Virus record (IMG/VR): IMGVR_UViG_3300044811_000031
Span: 23,792 to 87,791 of that record
DNA: 64,000 bases
Strand: one strand, 5' to 3'
Origin: a virus
Below are positions 36,244-45,069 of the stretch, piece after piece (position 1 is the first letter of the stretch; each line of letters begins with the position of its first letter). The translations under genes and the position numbers were made by a program. The notes beneath the pieces were generated by a model. It was not told where the DNA came from. It worked only from the letters and a program-made list of their open reading frames with translations, and did no database searches.

Positions 36244-36678
36244 TCAGTTGTCGGTCCCGTCGGACCCGGTCTTGCGGACCAGCTCCCAGCCGCGCTCGTA
36301 GGTGGCCTCTACGGACAGATCGACCTTGAGGACGTACCGCGTACCGGCCTGGCCGTGGAAGCCGCTCCTGATGCCGTCTCCGGCTTCCTCGGGGGTCTGG
36401 TACTGGGTGGGGTCGAAGCCCCGGGAGCCGTCGTCCGACACGACCCGGTCGTTCTCGGTCGAGACGATGTAGTGGGTGTCTGTGCGGTGGGAGCCGGTGC
36501 TCTGGCTACGGTCCAGGTCGCGGTCCAGGTCGCGCATGTCGCGGACTCCCATGTCGTACGCCCGGACCAGGTAGGCGTCCAGGGCGGCACGCTCGCTGCC
36601 GAAGCCACCGAAGCCACCGGCGTGAATCGCCCGGAGGGCCTCGTCCTGGAGCTGCTGGAGCGGAGTGCGGTCAGTCAT
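36244..36678 (-). CDS. Hypothetical protein
   Basis: 144 aa; GGAGG RBS. Confidence 0.65.
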   Translation of the reverse strand: MTDRTPLQQLQDEALRAIHAGGFGGFGSERAALDAYLVRAYDMGVRDMRDLDRDLDRSQSTGSHRTDTHYIVSTENDRVVSDDGSRGFDPTQYQTPEEAGDGIRSGFHGQAGTRYVLKVDLSVEATYERGWELVRKTGSDGTDN

Positions 36679-36684
36679 GATCGG

Positions 36685-36888
36685 TTACCTCCCCGCCGCA
36701 TGGCGGATCATCGCAGCGGCACGGGCTTTGGGGTGCTCGCGATTCAGGGCTGACGCCTTGACCACGATCATCGTCTCGGAGTTGATGAACCGGACGTTGA
36801 TCATCCCGCCGTCCAGCACCTCATCGACCATGACCATCTCCGGTCCGTCGAAACGGTCCCACCAGACATACTCACCGTGTGCGAACAT
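36685..36888 (-). CDS. Small SH3-like hypothetical protein
   Basis: AGGAG RBS. Confidence 0.55.
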   Translation of the reverse strand: MFAHGEYVWWDRFDGPEMVMVDEVLDGGMINVRFINSETMIVVKASALNREHPKARAAAMIRHAAGR

Positions 36889-36905
36889 CGTTTGCTCCTG
36901 CTCTG

Positions 36906-36973
36906 CTGTGAGGCTGAATTGCCCCCGCCAACGGCCGGGCCCCGGGTAGGCGGACCGGCCGCTCGCAGCGAAC
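36906..36973 (-). repeat. Leader hairpin element, copy 1
   Basis: Homologous to 37476-37537 and 38746-38808. Confidence 0.75.
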
Positions 36974-37459
36974 TCAGGCTTCATCGATCGCCTTCTTGAC
37001 GGCTTCCTTGAGGTCGAAGCGGTGGGCCGCCTCCCACGCGTGGAGCGCCCGCCGGGCTTCCTGCTCGGCCTTGGCCAGCTGGACGTACTCGACCCGCTCT
37101 TCCTGGGCCAGGGGAGCGACCCGCAGGAGGTGCTCGGTGAGCTGGGTGCGGCTGCCGTCGGACCAGGTGACCAGAATGTTGCCGTTGGCCGCGTGGAAGC
37201 CAGTGGCCGTACCCGAACGGGCGTAGGGCTTGGCCGGGTAGCCGTAGCCACCGCCGGACACACCCAGCTCGGTGAAGGCCACCGCTACCTTGACGACGGC
37301 CTGCTTGGTCGCGGTGGCGATCTTGTCGATCAGCTTGGCCTTGGTCTCAGCCGAGAGGACGTTGCTCGCGACCTTCGCGCCCCAGTTGCCGAACTCGGTG
37401 ACGTGGATGTCGACGGTCTGGCCGTTCTTCTCGACCTGCCCGGCCGGGTACTCGATCAT
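36974..37459 (-). CDS. Hypothetical protein
   Basis: 161 aa; AGGAG RBS. Confidence 0.7.
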   Translation of the reverse strand: MIEYPAGQVEKNGQTVDIHVTEFGNWGAKVASNVLSAETKAKLIDKIATATKQAVVKVAVAFTELGVSGGGYGYPAKPYARSGTATGFHAANGNILVTWSDGSRTQLTEHLLRVAPLAQEERVEYVQLAKAEQEARRALHAWEAAHRFDLKEAVKKAIDEA

Positions 37460-37475
37460 GATTTCTCCTGTCTGG

Positions 37476-37537
37476 CTGTGAGCCCTGTTGCCCGCAGAAC
37501 GGCCGGGCCCCCGTAGGGTACCGGCCGCTCGCCGTGC
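37476..37537 (-). repeat. Leader hairpin element, copy 2
   Basis: AACGGCCGG..CCGGCCGCTCGC core. Confidence 0.7.
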
Positions 37538-37544
37538 TAGGGGA

Positions 37545-38723
37545 TCACTTACCGGTCACGCCCACCAGGCCCACGGCCGCGAGCGCGTCGGCGTTCATGG
37601 CGTACGCCTTGTCCGCGTCGGCGACCGTCTGGCTGAACGACGTGATCGCGTTGAACAGCCCGCCGGTTGTGGTGTCGCCACCCTTGATGAAGTGCTCCAG
37701 GATGCCGTCCGTGTCCTCCTTGGAGAATGCGTCCCGCTTGACCAGAGCCTTGACCACGTCCTGCGGCTTGCCGGTGACGGGGCGGTCGGAGCCGGACTCG
37801 ATGCGCTCGATGACCCGCTCCATGTAGTCCGTGTCCAGGAACGTCTTGACCGCGTCCCGGGTCTGGAGGGTGATCAGCTCCAGGTTCTTGGCGGCGGTCT
37901 CCTCGCTGTAGCGGACGACGCCCTCCTCCTCCAGCCGGGAGCCGAGGTGGCGGCGGCTGACCGCGTCCTGGGTGATGGTCATGCCGTTGGTGCAGACCTC
38001 GATCTCCAGGCTCGGGGTGATGCTGAAGGCACCGCCGCCGGTCTCGGAGTTGGAAAGGACGAACCCGGCGAACACGGTCGGGTTGTCCGCGCCACGGTTA
38101 CCGCTGAAGGGGCTGCGGTAGTCGCGGAGCAGCTTGGGCGCGAGCGCCTGGACCTCGGGGACGACCACCTTGACGTACATGCGGCGGTCGGTCAGGTCGG
38201 CCTGACGGACGACGTGGGCGTCGAGCCCGGCGGACTTCATGCCGGACAGGGTCGCCATCAGGACGTCCCAGTTGTCGATCGTCTTGTAGCTGTCGGACAG
38301 CAGCGCCCGGGCGTAGCCGTTACCACCGTCCTGGCCCTTGAAGGTCCGGACGAGGAACTTGCGGGGGTCGGTCTCACGGACCAGCGTGCCGTCGTTCTTG
38401 GTGAAGCCGTGGAGCTGGCCGTTGATGTTGGAGTCGATCAGGTCGAGCTTGTTGGTGTCCCGCAGCTCCCGGACGTATGCCCGGGGGACGCGGAGCTTGG
38501 CGGCCACGCCCTCGTCGTACACGGGGGACGGCGCGTAGTGCGCGACCGGGGTGGTGACGCCGGTGTCGGTCACGGCGGCCTCTCCGGCGCCCCGGATGAC
38601 GACGTTGCCCTGGTGCGACCACAGGTCGCGGGCGGGGACGATCAGGTCTTCCTTGCGGTCCCGCTGCTCGGTCAGCTCGGTGACGAGCCCCTGAAGCGAA
38701 GCGTTGCGAAGGTTGAGCTGCAT
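37545..38723 (-). CDS. DUF932/DUF945-like protein
   Basis: ARALLSDSY..IDN, AGFVLSNSETG.G, VCTNGM, H.G. Confidence 0.75.
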   Translation of the reverse strand: MQLNLRNASLQGLVTELTEQRDRKEDLIVPARDLWSHQGNVVIRGAGEAAVTDTGVTTPVAHYAPSPVYDEGVAAKLRVPRAYVRELRDTNKLDLIDSNINGQLHGFTKNDGTLVRETDPRKFLVRTFKGQDGGNGYARALLSDSYKTIDNWDVLMATLSGMKSAGLDAHVVRQADLTDRRMYVKVVVPEVQALAPKLLRDYRSPFSGNRGADNPTVFAGFVLSNSETGGGAFSITPSLEIEVCTNGMTITQDAVSRRHLGSRLEEEGVVRYSEETAAKNLELITLQTRDAVKTFLDTDYMERVIERIESGSDRPVTGKPQDVVKALVKRDAFSKEDTDGILEHFIKGGDTTTGGLFNAITSFSQTVADADKAYAMNADALAAVGLVGVTGK

Positions 38724-38745
38724 GGTGATCTCCTGAGTGTGCAGT

Positions 38746-38808
38746 TGAGGCCCTGTTGCCCCCGCCAACGGCCGGACCCGTGAAGGCGCCCGGCCACTCG
38801 CAGCGAAC
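38746..38808 (-). repeat. Leader hairpin element, copy 3
   Basis: TTGCCCCCGCCAACGGCCGG..CCGGCCACTCGCAGCGAAC. Confidence 0.75.
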
Positions 38809-38812
38809 AGGA

Positions 38813-39043
38813 TCAGTTGGTGGCGTGGCCCCGGAGTTCCGAGAGGATCATGATGCACTCGGTCCGGGTCAGGCCCGAGGTGTCGTACTCGGGGTCGCCG
38901 TGCTCCTCCTTGAGCATCTCGTACAGCCTCGCCAACGACACCTTGTCGTACGACGCCTGCACCATCTCGAAGGCCTGGAAGGTGGTCTCGTACTGGCCGT
39001 GCCCGGCGATCTCCGCCCGGATGGTTCCGTGTCGCTGGCTCAT
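38813..39043 (-). CDS. Hypothetical protein
   Basis: Coupled; GGGAG RBS. Confidence 0.6.
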   Translation of the reverse strand: MSQRHGTIRAEIAGHGQYETTFQAFEMVQASYDKVSLARLYEMLKEEHGDPEYDTSGLTRTECIMILSELRGHATN

Positions 39044-39357
39044 GATCGGCACTCCCTTGCAGCGTGCAGCGAGCGGAAGACGATGTTCATGTAGGCGTCG
39101 TACTCGTCCCGGCCGAAGCTGGCGTCGTACTTGGCGTGCATCTTGCAGAGGCCGCGTGCGACCTCCGCCACGCGGCAGGCGCCGTCGTTGGTGTCCGACC
39201 GGTCGTAGGCCGCGAGGATCATCTCGGCCTCTTCGGTGTACTTGTCCGCCAAGGTGACGCTCCGGGGGAGCTTGGCGATGCGGGCCATCAGCTCGGGCTG
39301 CGCGGAGTACGCGCTGTCGTCGTAGGCGATGTCGTCGCCCCACTCGTTGTCGCTCAT
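39040..39357 (-). CDS. Hypothetical protein, first gene of the leftward early operon
   Basis: AGGAGAGATCATG start. Confidence 0.7.
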   Translation of the reverse strand: MSDNEWGDDIAYDDSAYSAQPELMARIAKLPRSVTLADKYTEEAEMILAAYDRSDTNDGACRVAEVARGLCKMHAKYDASFGRDEYDAYMNIVFRSLHAARECRS

Positions 39358-39359
39358 GA

Positions 39360-39918
39360 TCTCTCCTGGTGTCGCTGGGGTGGTCCGTGCGGGGCGCCGG
39401 GTTGCGACCCCGGCCGTCGTGGTGACCGGCCGGTCGATCCGGGGATCTCGTCCCCGGCGTCCCAGTGCGCGGTAAGGGTCTGACCCCCGACCGTGCCTGG
39501 CGGATTGTGGCTCCGCCGGGCCGTGTGGTGCTTGTGCCTGGCCGTGCTCGCCGGTCTGGCCGGTCGAGTCGTTCCGCAGGCGATCGTGCTCGTGTATAGG
39601 TGACGCTCTCGATGTCGCGGCTAAGTACCGTCCGGGGCGGTCCGTGAGGATCACCGCTGGGTGGCTCGCTCGATCGTTTCGTGCTGGCGCTCGATCCCTC
39701 GCGCTTACCCCGCCCGGATGTGTCCGACGTGATCAGTCAGTGCCGTATGTCCTCGGCTGATCACCGGCCGTCCCCGGGCAGCGTTTCCGCTGCTGGATCT
39801 TGCTTCCGTTTTCTTGGGGAGGGTCGGTGCCCTGTCGCCGGTCGCGCTTCCGCTTTTAGGCCCTCCCCGGTTCCCCGGGGGCTCTGCCTGGGACTTGCCG
39901 CTTGCCCCTGCCCTACAA
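39360..39918 (-). ncRNA. Long structured 5' leader or candidate ncRNA
   Basis: ~560 nt between promoter and first RBS; several hairpins; no convincing ORF. Confidence 0.5.
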
Positions 39919-39923
39919 CCACA

Positions 39924-39952
39924 AATATACGGGCGGTAGTGAGTTATGTAAA
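39924..39952 (-). promoter_or_regulatory. Sigma70/HrdB-type promoter
   Basis: TTTACA-17 nt-TATATT on the - strand. Confidence 0.75.
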
Positions 39953-40106
39953 GTCTCACTTAAGCCTCTGACCTGGGGCTTTCAAACTCGTAGGTAAAGT
40001 GTTGGTAAAGTGATCAAGGCTTCGGGGGCCCTCAACCCCCATACGAATGAGGCAAGTTCACTGACCTGGGGTTATACGAAAACTATGCGAGGCCACCGGC
40101 CCGGAA

Positions 40107-40268
40107 GTTACCGCGCCGTAGTGATCAAGCTCTGACCAGGGGAAATCCCTAGCAGAAAGAGCTGGCCCACTCGTACCGGGCCAGCTCCGAAAGGCTCTTA
40201 GACGGCAACCTCGCCGTTTTGCTACCCTACGTATCAGTAACTTGAAGGATAATTACCCATAGCTACCG
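40107..40268 (+). repeat. Dispersed non-coding element, copy B
   Basis: Gapless alignment to 13377-13538. Confidence 0.85.
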
Positions 40269-40293
40269 GCTCCCCAACCGGTAGCTGACATAT

Positions 40294-40668
40294 TTATTCG
40301 GTCGCCTTCAGCCGCTGCTTCATGATCTTGTGGTCGGTTCCGGACTGCCGGAGCGACCGGACCATGGCCGCGAAGGCCAGGCAGCAGATCGCCAGAGAGA
40401 TCATCGCGATCATGAGCGCCTGAGCGATCATGACGAAGACGACCGCGACTCCGGCCAGAGCGATCATGGCCCAGACCGCGAGGACGAAGTGACCGGCGTA
40501 CCGGCTGGCGATGTCCATCTCCGGCACCGGCACCGGCGCGACGGCCGGAGGGTAGTGGTGGTGATGGATCTCGATCTTGTTGACGTTCGGCTGCGCCCAG
40601 TCCCGCTCGGCCATGTCGTACCGGGTGTACTCGACCAGCTCTGCCAGACGCGCCTGCTGCTCATCCAT
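40294..40668 (-). CDS. Membrane protein (Spd-like)
   Basis: IHHHHY.P followed by 2 TM segments. Confidence 0.6.
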   Translation of the reverse strand: MDEQQARLAELVEYTRYDMAERDWAQPNVNKIEIHHHHYPPAVAPVPVPEMDIASRYAGHFVLAVWAMIALAGVAVVFVMIAQALMIAMISLAICCLAFAAMVRSLRQSGTDHKIMKQRLKATE

Positions 40669-40807
40669 GAGTCGTCATCTCCTTGATCCTGTCCCAGTGC
40701 GCCGCTACGTAGATCACCGCGAGGAAGCCCAGCACCGTGAACGTCAGCCGCCGGTTGGCCCGGCGGCGCTGCTCCCTGCGGGCCCGTCGGCTGCGCCTCA
40801 CCACCAT
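40661..40807 (-). CDS. Small membrane protein
   Basis: Arg-rich N-terminus plus one TM. Confidence 0.5.
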   Translation of the reverse strand: MVVRRSRRARREQRRRANRRLTFTVLGFLAVIYVAAHWDRIKEMTTHG

Positions 40808-41052
40808 TCGATCCCCCCGAACAGATCGTCCCCACGGTGGCGCAGGTACGCCCGGCCGGGGACGGTGATCACCGTCATGATGATCGCGATGGCGACCATC
40901 AGGACGAGGGAGCCGACGACGTTCGCGTTGGCCGCGTCGCCGGGGAGCAGCGTCGCGAACAGGATGAGGAACACCAGCCCGAGCGCTCCGTCGATAACCA
41001 GGACGGTGCCCTTGACGACTTTGCTTACCATGATCTTCGCCTCCGTTGACAT
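40798..41052 (-). CDS. Small membrane protein (2 TM)
   Basis: Hydrophobic segments. Confidence 0.6.
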   Translation of the reverse strand: MSTEAKIMVSKVVKGTVLVIDGALGLVFLILFATLLPGDAANANVVGSLVLMVAIAIIMTVITVPGRAYLRHRGDDLFGGIEWW

Positions 41053-41177
41053 GAGCTGACACGGGTCCGTGTCAGTAGATGGGTGTCAGAAAAAGTGATC
41101 TAGGTCAGAGCCTCTGTCAGAAGACCTGACACCGGCGTCTGACACTCAGCTGACAAGGCTCCTGACATGCTCTGACA
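41046..41177. repeat. CTGACA/TGTCAG array (clt-like locus)
   Basis: 9 exact hexamers at 41056, 41070, 41084, 41115, 41126, 41139, 41150, 41162, 41172, plus near-matches. Confidence 0.75.
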
Positions 41178-41481
41178 GCCGTTGCTTGGTGACCTCTGGG
41201 AGTCGGCCCCGGAGGATGTTCACGGACCTCGTTACCGGGTCCAAGTGATACGGGTTCCAGCAGCGGGTCATCCTGCACAGATGGTCGGGCTCCAAGCCGT
41301 CCGGTAGATCATCGATCATCTCTCGGTACGCCACTCGATGCGCGTACTGGGTACGGCCTTCGATCATTACCCGGCTGTAGTCGTGTCCTGTACTGCGGGC
41401 CACCCAGCACGGGAGATCCAGCCCTTTTACCAGGCATGGAACCTCCCGTGACCGGGCTTCCAGACGGGCGAGCGGGTCCAT
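41146..41481 (-). CDS. HNH endonuclease
   Basis: HRVAY..DHLCR..RCWNPYHL; paralog of 14287. Confidence 0.8.
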   Translation of the reverse strand: MDPLARLEARSREVPCLVKGLDLPCWVARSTGHDYSRVMIEGRTQYAHRVAYREMIDDLPDGLEPDHLCRMTRCWNPYHLDPVTRSVNILRGRLPEVTKQRLSEHVRSLVS

Positions 41482-43439
41482 CAGGGCCGGTGGCCGTTAC
41501 TGACACGAGCCCTGATGTAGTACGGCGGCTTGCCGTTGACCTGGGTCAGGCGGCCCTCCTCCACGAGCCTGTTCAGCTCGTTGTAGACCCACTGGCGGGT
41601 CCGGCCGACCAGCCCGGGGAGGTCGTTCAGATCGGAGAAGTTGACGTCCATCTGGCCCCGGGTCTCCAGCTCATCGATCTTGCTCTCCAGCAGAGCGACC
41701 GCCTTCTCACGGGTCATCCGGTCCTCGGGCTCCGGCGGCCGGAGCGCGAACACGACGTCGTTCTTGGGACGGGCGATAGGCATCGACACGTCCACCTCCT
41801 CCTCGAACGGGTCCTCCATGTCACCGGCCACGGCTGCGACCGGCTCCTTGACCGGGTCGGCCGACAGACCCCGGGACAGGTACGCGAGCGTCCCGGCGTC
41901 GATCGTCGCCCAGTACCCGGCCGCCTTGCTCGCGGCTAGCTCAGCCTGCTTCTGCTCCCGGCTGAGGTAGTACGCGCGGGCCTCCTCCGCCCACTTCTCC
42001 GGGTCGGTGCCGACCAGCTCCCCGTACAGAGAACCGGGGTAGTTGTTCCGCCACTTGGTGGGGTCGGCCCCCTTCTCCAGCGTCCCGGCGCTCAGGGCGA
42101 AGCGGGCGTCGTAGTGCTCGACCGCCCCGTGGCAGAGGCTGTTGGTGAACTGCCCCCTCGTCTTCCGCTCGATGTTGCTGTGGTGGGCGGACGTCATGCT
42201 CGCGCAGAGACTGATGCCGACCGAGCGCGCGGTGCGGATCGCCTGGTCGAACTCGTCGTTGCCCGACAGGACGGTCGCGGCCTCTTCGATGTCGATGAAG
42301 AGGAGCGGCATGCCGTGCAGGGTCCACAGCTCCGGCTCCCACTGCTGGTAGCCGACGGTGCCGTCGCTCCTGGTCAGCTCGCCGAAAACCTGCGCCCGGT
42401 ACTTGATCGCATCGGGCAGGTTCCGGATGAACTGGTTGGTGTCGTCCTCGCCGTCGATGGCCAGGCCGAGGCAGTGGGCGATGGCGCCGAAGCCCTGCTT
42501 GAACTTCTCCGGGTCGGCCACGATCGGGACGACGTCGATGCGCCAGCGCATGTCGATGATCGCGGTGACGATCGTCTCGGTCTTGCCCGCGCCGGTGACG
42601 CCGGTGGTCAGCGTGTGCGGCAGGGGGCGGGGGCTGTCCGGGTCGGAGTTGCCGACGATCCACATGGCCAGGGGGGTGCCACCGGCGCGCTCCCCGGGGA
42701 CCAGGGCGGCAGCGGCGATGCTCTGACCAGGAGCGGAGGGCCCGGCCCACTTGACGGACTTCTTGAGGGACTCGGTGAGCTGGAACGCCAGGGTGACCTG
42801 ACTCGCATCCCCGGAGACGCCGGTCACGGTGACCTCGTCCTCGCCCATGCCGACGACCGAGGCGATGCGGCTCCGGTCCATCTGCACGTCGGCCGTGGTG
42901 CTGCCGCCCTTCTCCATCTGGATGGTCGTGGCGACCCGGCCGGGCTTCTCCTCGACCTTCTTGACCGTGCCGTTCTTCAGGCTGGCGATCTTGTCCAGCA
43001 GGCTGTCGTGGCCCCCGGCCGCCTTGTCGTCGTCGTGGTGGGGGGACATGGCCGCGTGGCGGATGCCCCACAGGGCGGAGACGAAGATGCCGCCCATCAC
43101 CCAGCTCTGCGTCATGCCGCTGGTCAGCGGGTCGGTGGCCGTGGCCACGACCAGCCACCCCAGCACGACGGTCGCGAACACGGTGGCCGCGTTGCGGGTG
43201 TGGGGGTGGCGCCGGTTCCACATGGTCCAGGTCGAGTAGACCAGCGCGGTGCACCCGGCGGACAGGAAGGCGATCATGACCGGCTTCCCGCCCCACTGCC
43301 AGTGAGCCAGCAGGGCCACCGGCATGACAACGACGCAGATCAGCGGTGCCGTCAGGTACGGCATCATCCGTGATCCGGCCAGTCCGCTGACCCCGAGCCG
43401 CTTGGTGCGGACGGCGCTGCGGCTCCCCTGCTTGCTCAT
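41481..43439 (-). CDS. traB: TraB-type FtsK/SpoIIIE DNA translocase
   Basis: N-terminal TM segments, Walker A GVTGAGKT, Walker B LFIDIEEA, C-terminal wHTH. Confidence 0.8.
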   Translation of the reverse strand: MSKQGSRSAVRTKRLGVSGLAGSRMMPYLTAPLICVVVMPVALLAHWQWGGKPVMIAFLSAGCTALVYSTWTMWNRRHPHTRNAATVFATVVLGWLVVATATDPLTSGMTQSWVMGGIFVSALWGIRHAAMSPHHDDDKAAGGHDSLLDKIASLKNGTVKKVEEKPGRVATTIQMEKGGSTTADVQMDRSRIASVVGMGEDEVTVTGVSGDASQVTLAFQLTESLKKSVKWAGPSAPGQSIAAAALVPGERAGGTPLAMWIVGNSDPDSPRPLPHTLTTGVTGAGKTETIVTAIIDMRWRIDVVPIVADPEKFKQGFGAIAHCLGLAIDGEDDTNQFIRNLPDAIKYRAQVFGELTRSDGTVGYQQWEPELWTLHGMPLLFIDIEEAATVLSGNDEFDQAIRTARSVGISLCASMTSAHHSNIERKTRGQFTNSLCHGAVEHYDARFALSAGTLEKGADPTKWRNNYPGSLYGELVGTDPEKWAEEARAYYLSREQKQAELAASKAAGYWATIDAGTLAYLSRGLSADPVKEPVAAVAGDMEDPFEEEVDVSMPIARPKNDVVFALRPPEPEDRMTREKAVALLESKIDELETRGQMDVNFSDLNDLPGLVGRTRQWVYNELNRLVEEGRLTQVNGKPPYYIRARVSNGHRP

Positions 43440-43451
43440 CCCGTGGCCCCC

Positions 43452-43946
43452 TTACTTGATCGTGAAGCGCTGGTGGGACTTGGCCTTGGTCTCGGACTTC
43501 TCCAGGATGTCCGCGTACACCTGCTCGAACGTCGACCATGCGGACACGAAGCCGCTGGCCGCCGAGGCGAAGTGATCCGCCGACGCCTCCAGGTGCTTGG
43601 TGACGCGCTTCATCTTCCAGGCGGCGGCCCACTGGTGACCGAGCTTGGCCATGTCCCGGGCGCCGGAGGTCAGCTCCCCGGCCGCGAGCGCGGACTGGAC
43701 CGCGAGGTAGTGGGACAGCTTGCGTCCGGCCTCGCAGAACTCGTTCAGGTCGTGCTGGTCGGACAGACCGACCTCGTCCATCGCCTTGACCAGAGCCTCG
43801 ATGCCCCCGCCGCCGGACGACTTGCGGGCGGGGCGGGACGCAGACGGACGGGACGCGGGCTGGCCCTGTCCGGTGAGTCCACGGTCGCTGGCGTCCTGTC
43901 CGTTCGCCGGGGTCGTGCCCCGGGTGGTGTTGTCTCCTGCTGCCAT
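43452..43946 (-). CDS. TraA-like plasmid transfer accessory protein
   Basis: Helical 164-aa protein directly upstream of traB. Confidence 0.5.
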   Translation of the reverse strand: MAAGDNTTRGTTPANGQDASDRGLTGQGQPASRPSASRPARKSSGGGGIEALVKAMDEVGLSDQHDLNEFCEAGRKLSHYLAVQSALAAGELTSGARDMAKLGHQWAAAWKMKRVTKHLEASADHFASAASGFVSAWSTFEQVYADILEKSETKAKSHQRFTIK

Positions 43947-43963
43947 GATCTTGTCTCCTTGTC

Positions 43964-44722
43964 TCAGGCTGTCCGGACATCCGGACGGTTACGGGCGATG
44001 GCCTTGCGCAGCGTGTCCGGCTTGGTGTCCGGCAGCTTGTCCAGCACGGCGGTGCGGATGTCCTCGTCCGAGATGTCCGGGTCGGCGGACACCAAGTCGC
44101 GGACAAGGGAGGGGACAGATCCATCGGCTGTCCGGCGGACAGGCTTGGGGTTGATCCGGAAGACAGGTCCGGTGTCCGGCTGTCCTCCGGCGAAGGCCAC
44201 GACGTCCGTGTCCGTGTCCAGAGCGGACGCCAAGGCGGACACGGACAGGGGCGGCCGGACAACGGGGGCGGACACGGCGTCCGGGGTCTCTGTCCGGACA
44301 GCGGCCATGTGCAGCAGGTGTCCGAAGACGAGCGCCGGGATGCAGGACACGGTGATGACGAGGGCGACCTGCTGAGCGGTGAGGCCCGGCTTGCCGTAGA
44401 GGTGGGCGATGGGCTGCGCCGCCATGGCCAGGAGGATTGCCAGAATGGCGCCCCAGACGGCCGTGGCCTTGCCGGGGGTACCGGGGGCCCGCTTGGTGGC
44501 TACGACGGCCGCTATGCCCGCGTAGGCGGTCAGGGTGCCGGGCATCCCCCAGGCGAGCGTCGGGCTCCACCCGGCCTGGTGCGCGAGGTAGTGCTCACCG
44601 GGGGCGCACATCACCAGGACGAAGACCGCGACGACCGGACGGCCGACGTTCAGGATCAGCCGGACCCACCACAGGTCGCGTCCGGTGTCCTGTGTCCGCT
44701 TGAACCACTTCGGTGTCCGCAT
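43964..44722 (-). CDS. SpdA/SpdB2/DUF2637-like membrane protein with C-terminal DNA-binding-like domain
   Basis: 4 TM (E..LA..AGW, P....HLL), Pro/Asp/Thr linker, DTLRKAI.R. Confidence 0.65.
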   Translation of the reverse strand: MRTPKWFKRTQDTGRDLWWVRLILNVGRPVVAVFVLVMCAPGEHYLAHQAGWSPTLAWGMPGTLTAYAGIAAVVATKRAPGTPGKATAVWGAILAILLAMAAQPIAHLYGKPGLTAQQVALVITVSCIPALVFGHLLHMAAVRTETPDAVSAPVVRPPLSVSALASALDTDTDVVAFAGGQPDTGPVFRINPKPVRRTADGSVPSLVRDLVSADPDISDEDIRTAVLDKLPDTKPDTLRKAIARNRPDVRTA

Positions 44723-44745
44723 GTCCTGGCTCTCCTGTCCTGACT

Positions 44746-44759
44746 GATTTAGTTAAATC
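44746..44759. promoter_or_regulatory. Palindromic operator-like site, copy 3
   Basis: GATTTAGTTAAATC upstream of the transfer module. Confidence 0.65.
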
Positions 44760-44832
44760 ACCCTGGATAAAGAAGTGTCCGGCCTGTCCGCTCAGCTGTC
44801 AAGCGGACAGGCCGGACACGGCCGGACACGGA

Positions 44833-45069
44833 TCAGGCTCCCGGACAGACGCCTCCGACCGGACCCCAGTTGTGGGTGTCGTGGGACACGAGGGCGGACA
44901 GGCGCGGACATGGCTCGTGTCCGGTGTCCGGCGGGCGGGTGCCCAGGACACGGGCCCGGGCGGACATGACGGCGGACAGCTCCGCAGCCGCCCGGCCGAA
45001 GTTGCGCAGAGCGAGGGCCATCTCCTCCAGGCCGGACACCACGATGTCCAGGTCTATCTGTCCGCCCAC
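44833..45069 (-). CDS. Hypothetical protein
   Basis: GTG start with GGAGG; start uncertain. Confidence 0.4.
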   Translation of the reverse strand: MGGQIDLDIVVSGLEEMALALRNFGRAAAELSAVMSARARVLGTRPPDTGHEPCPRLSALVSHDTHNWGPVGGVCPGA

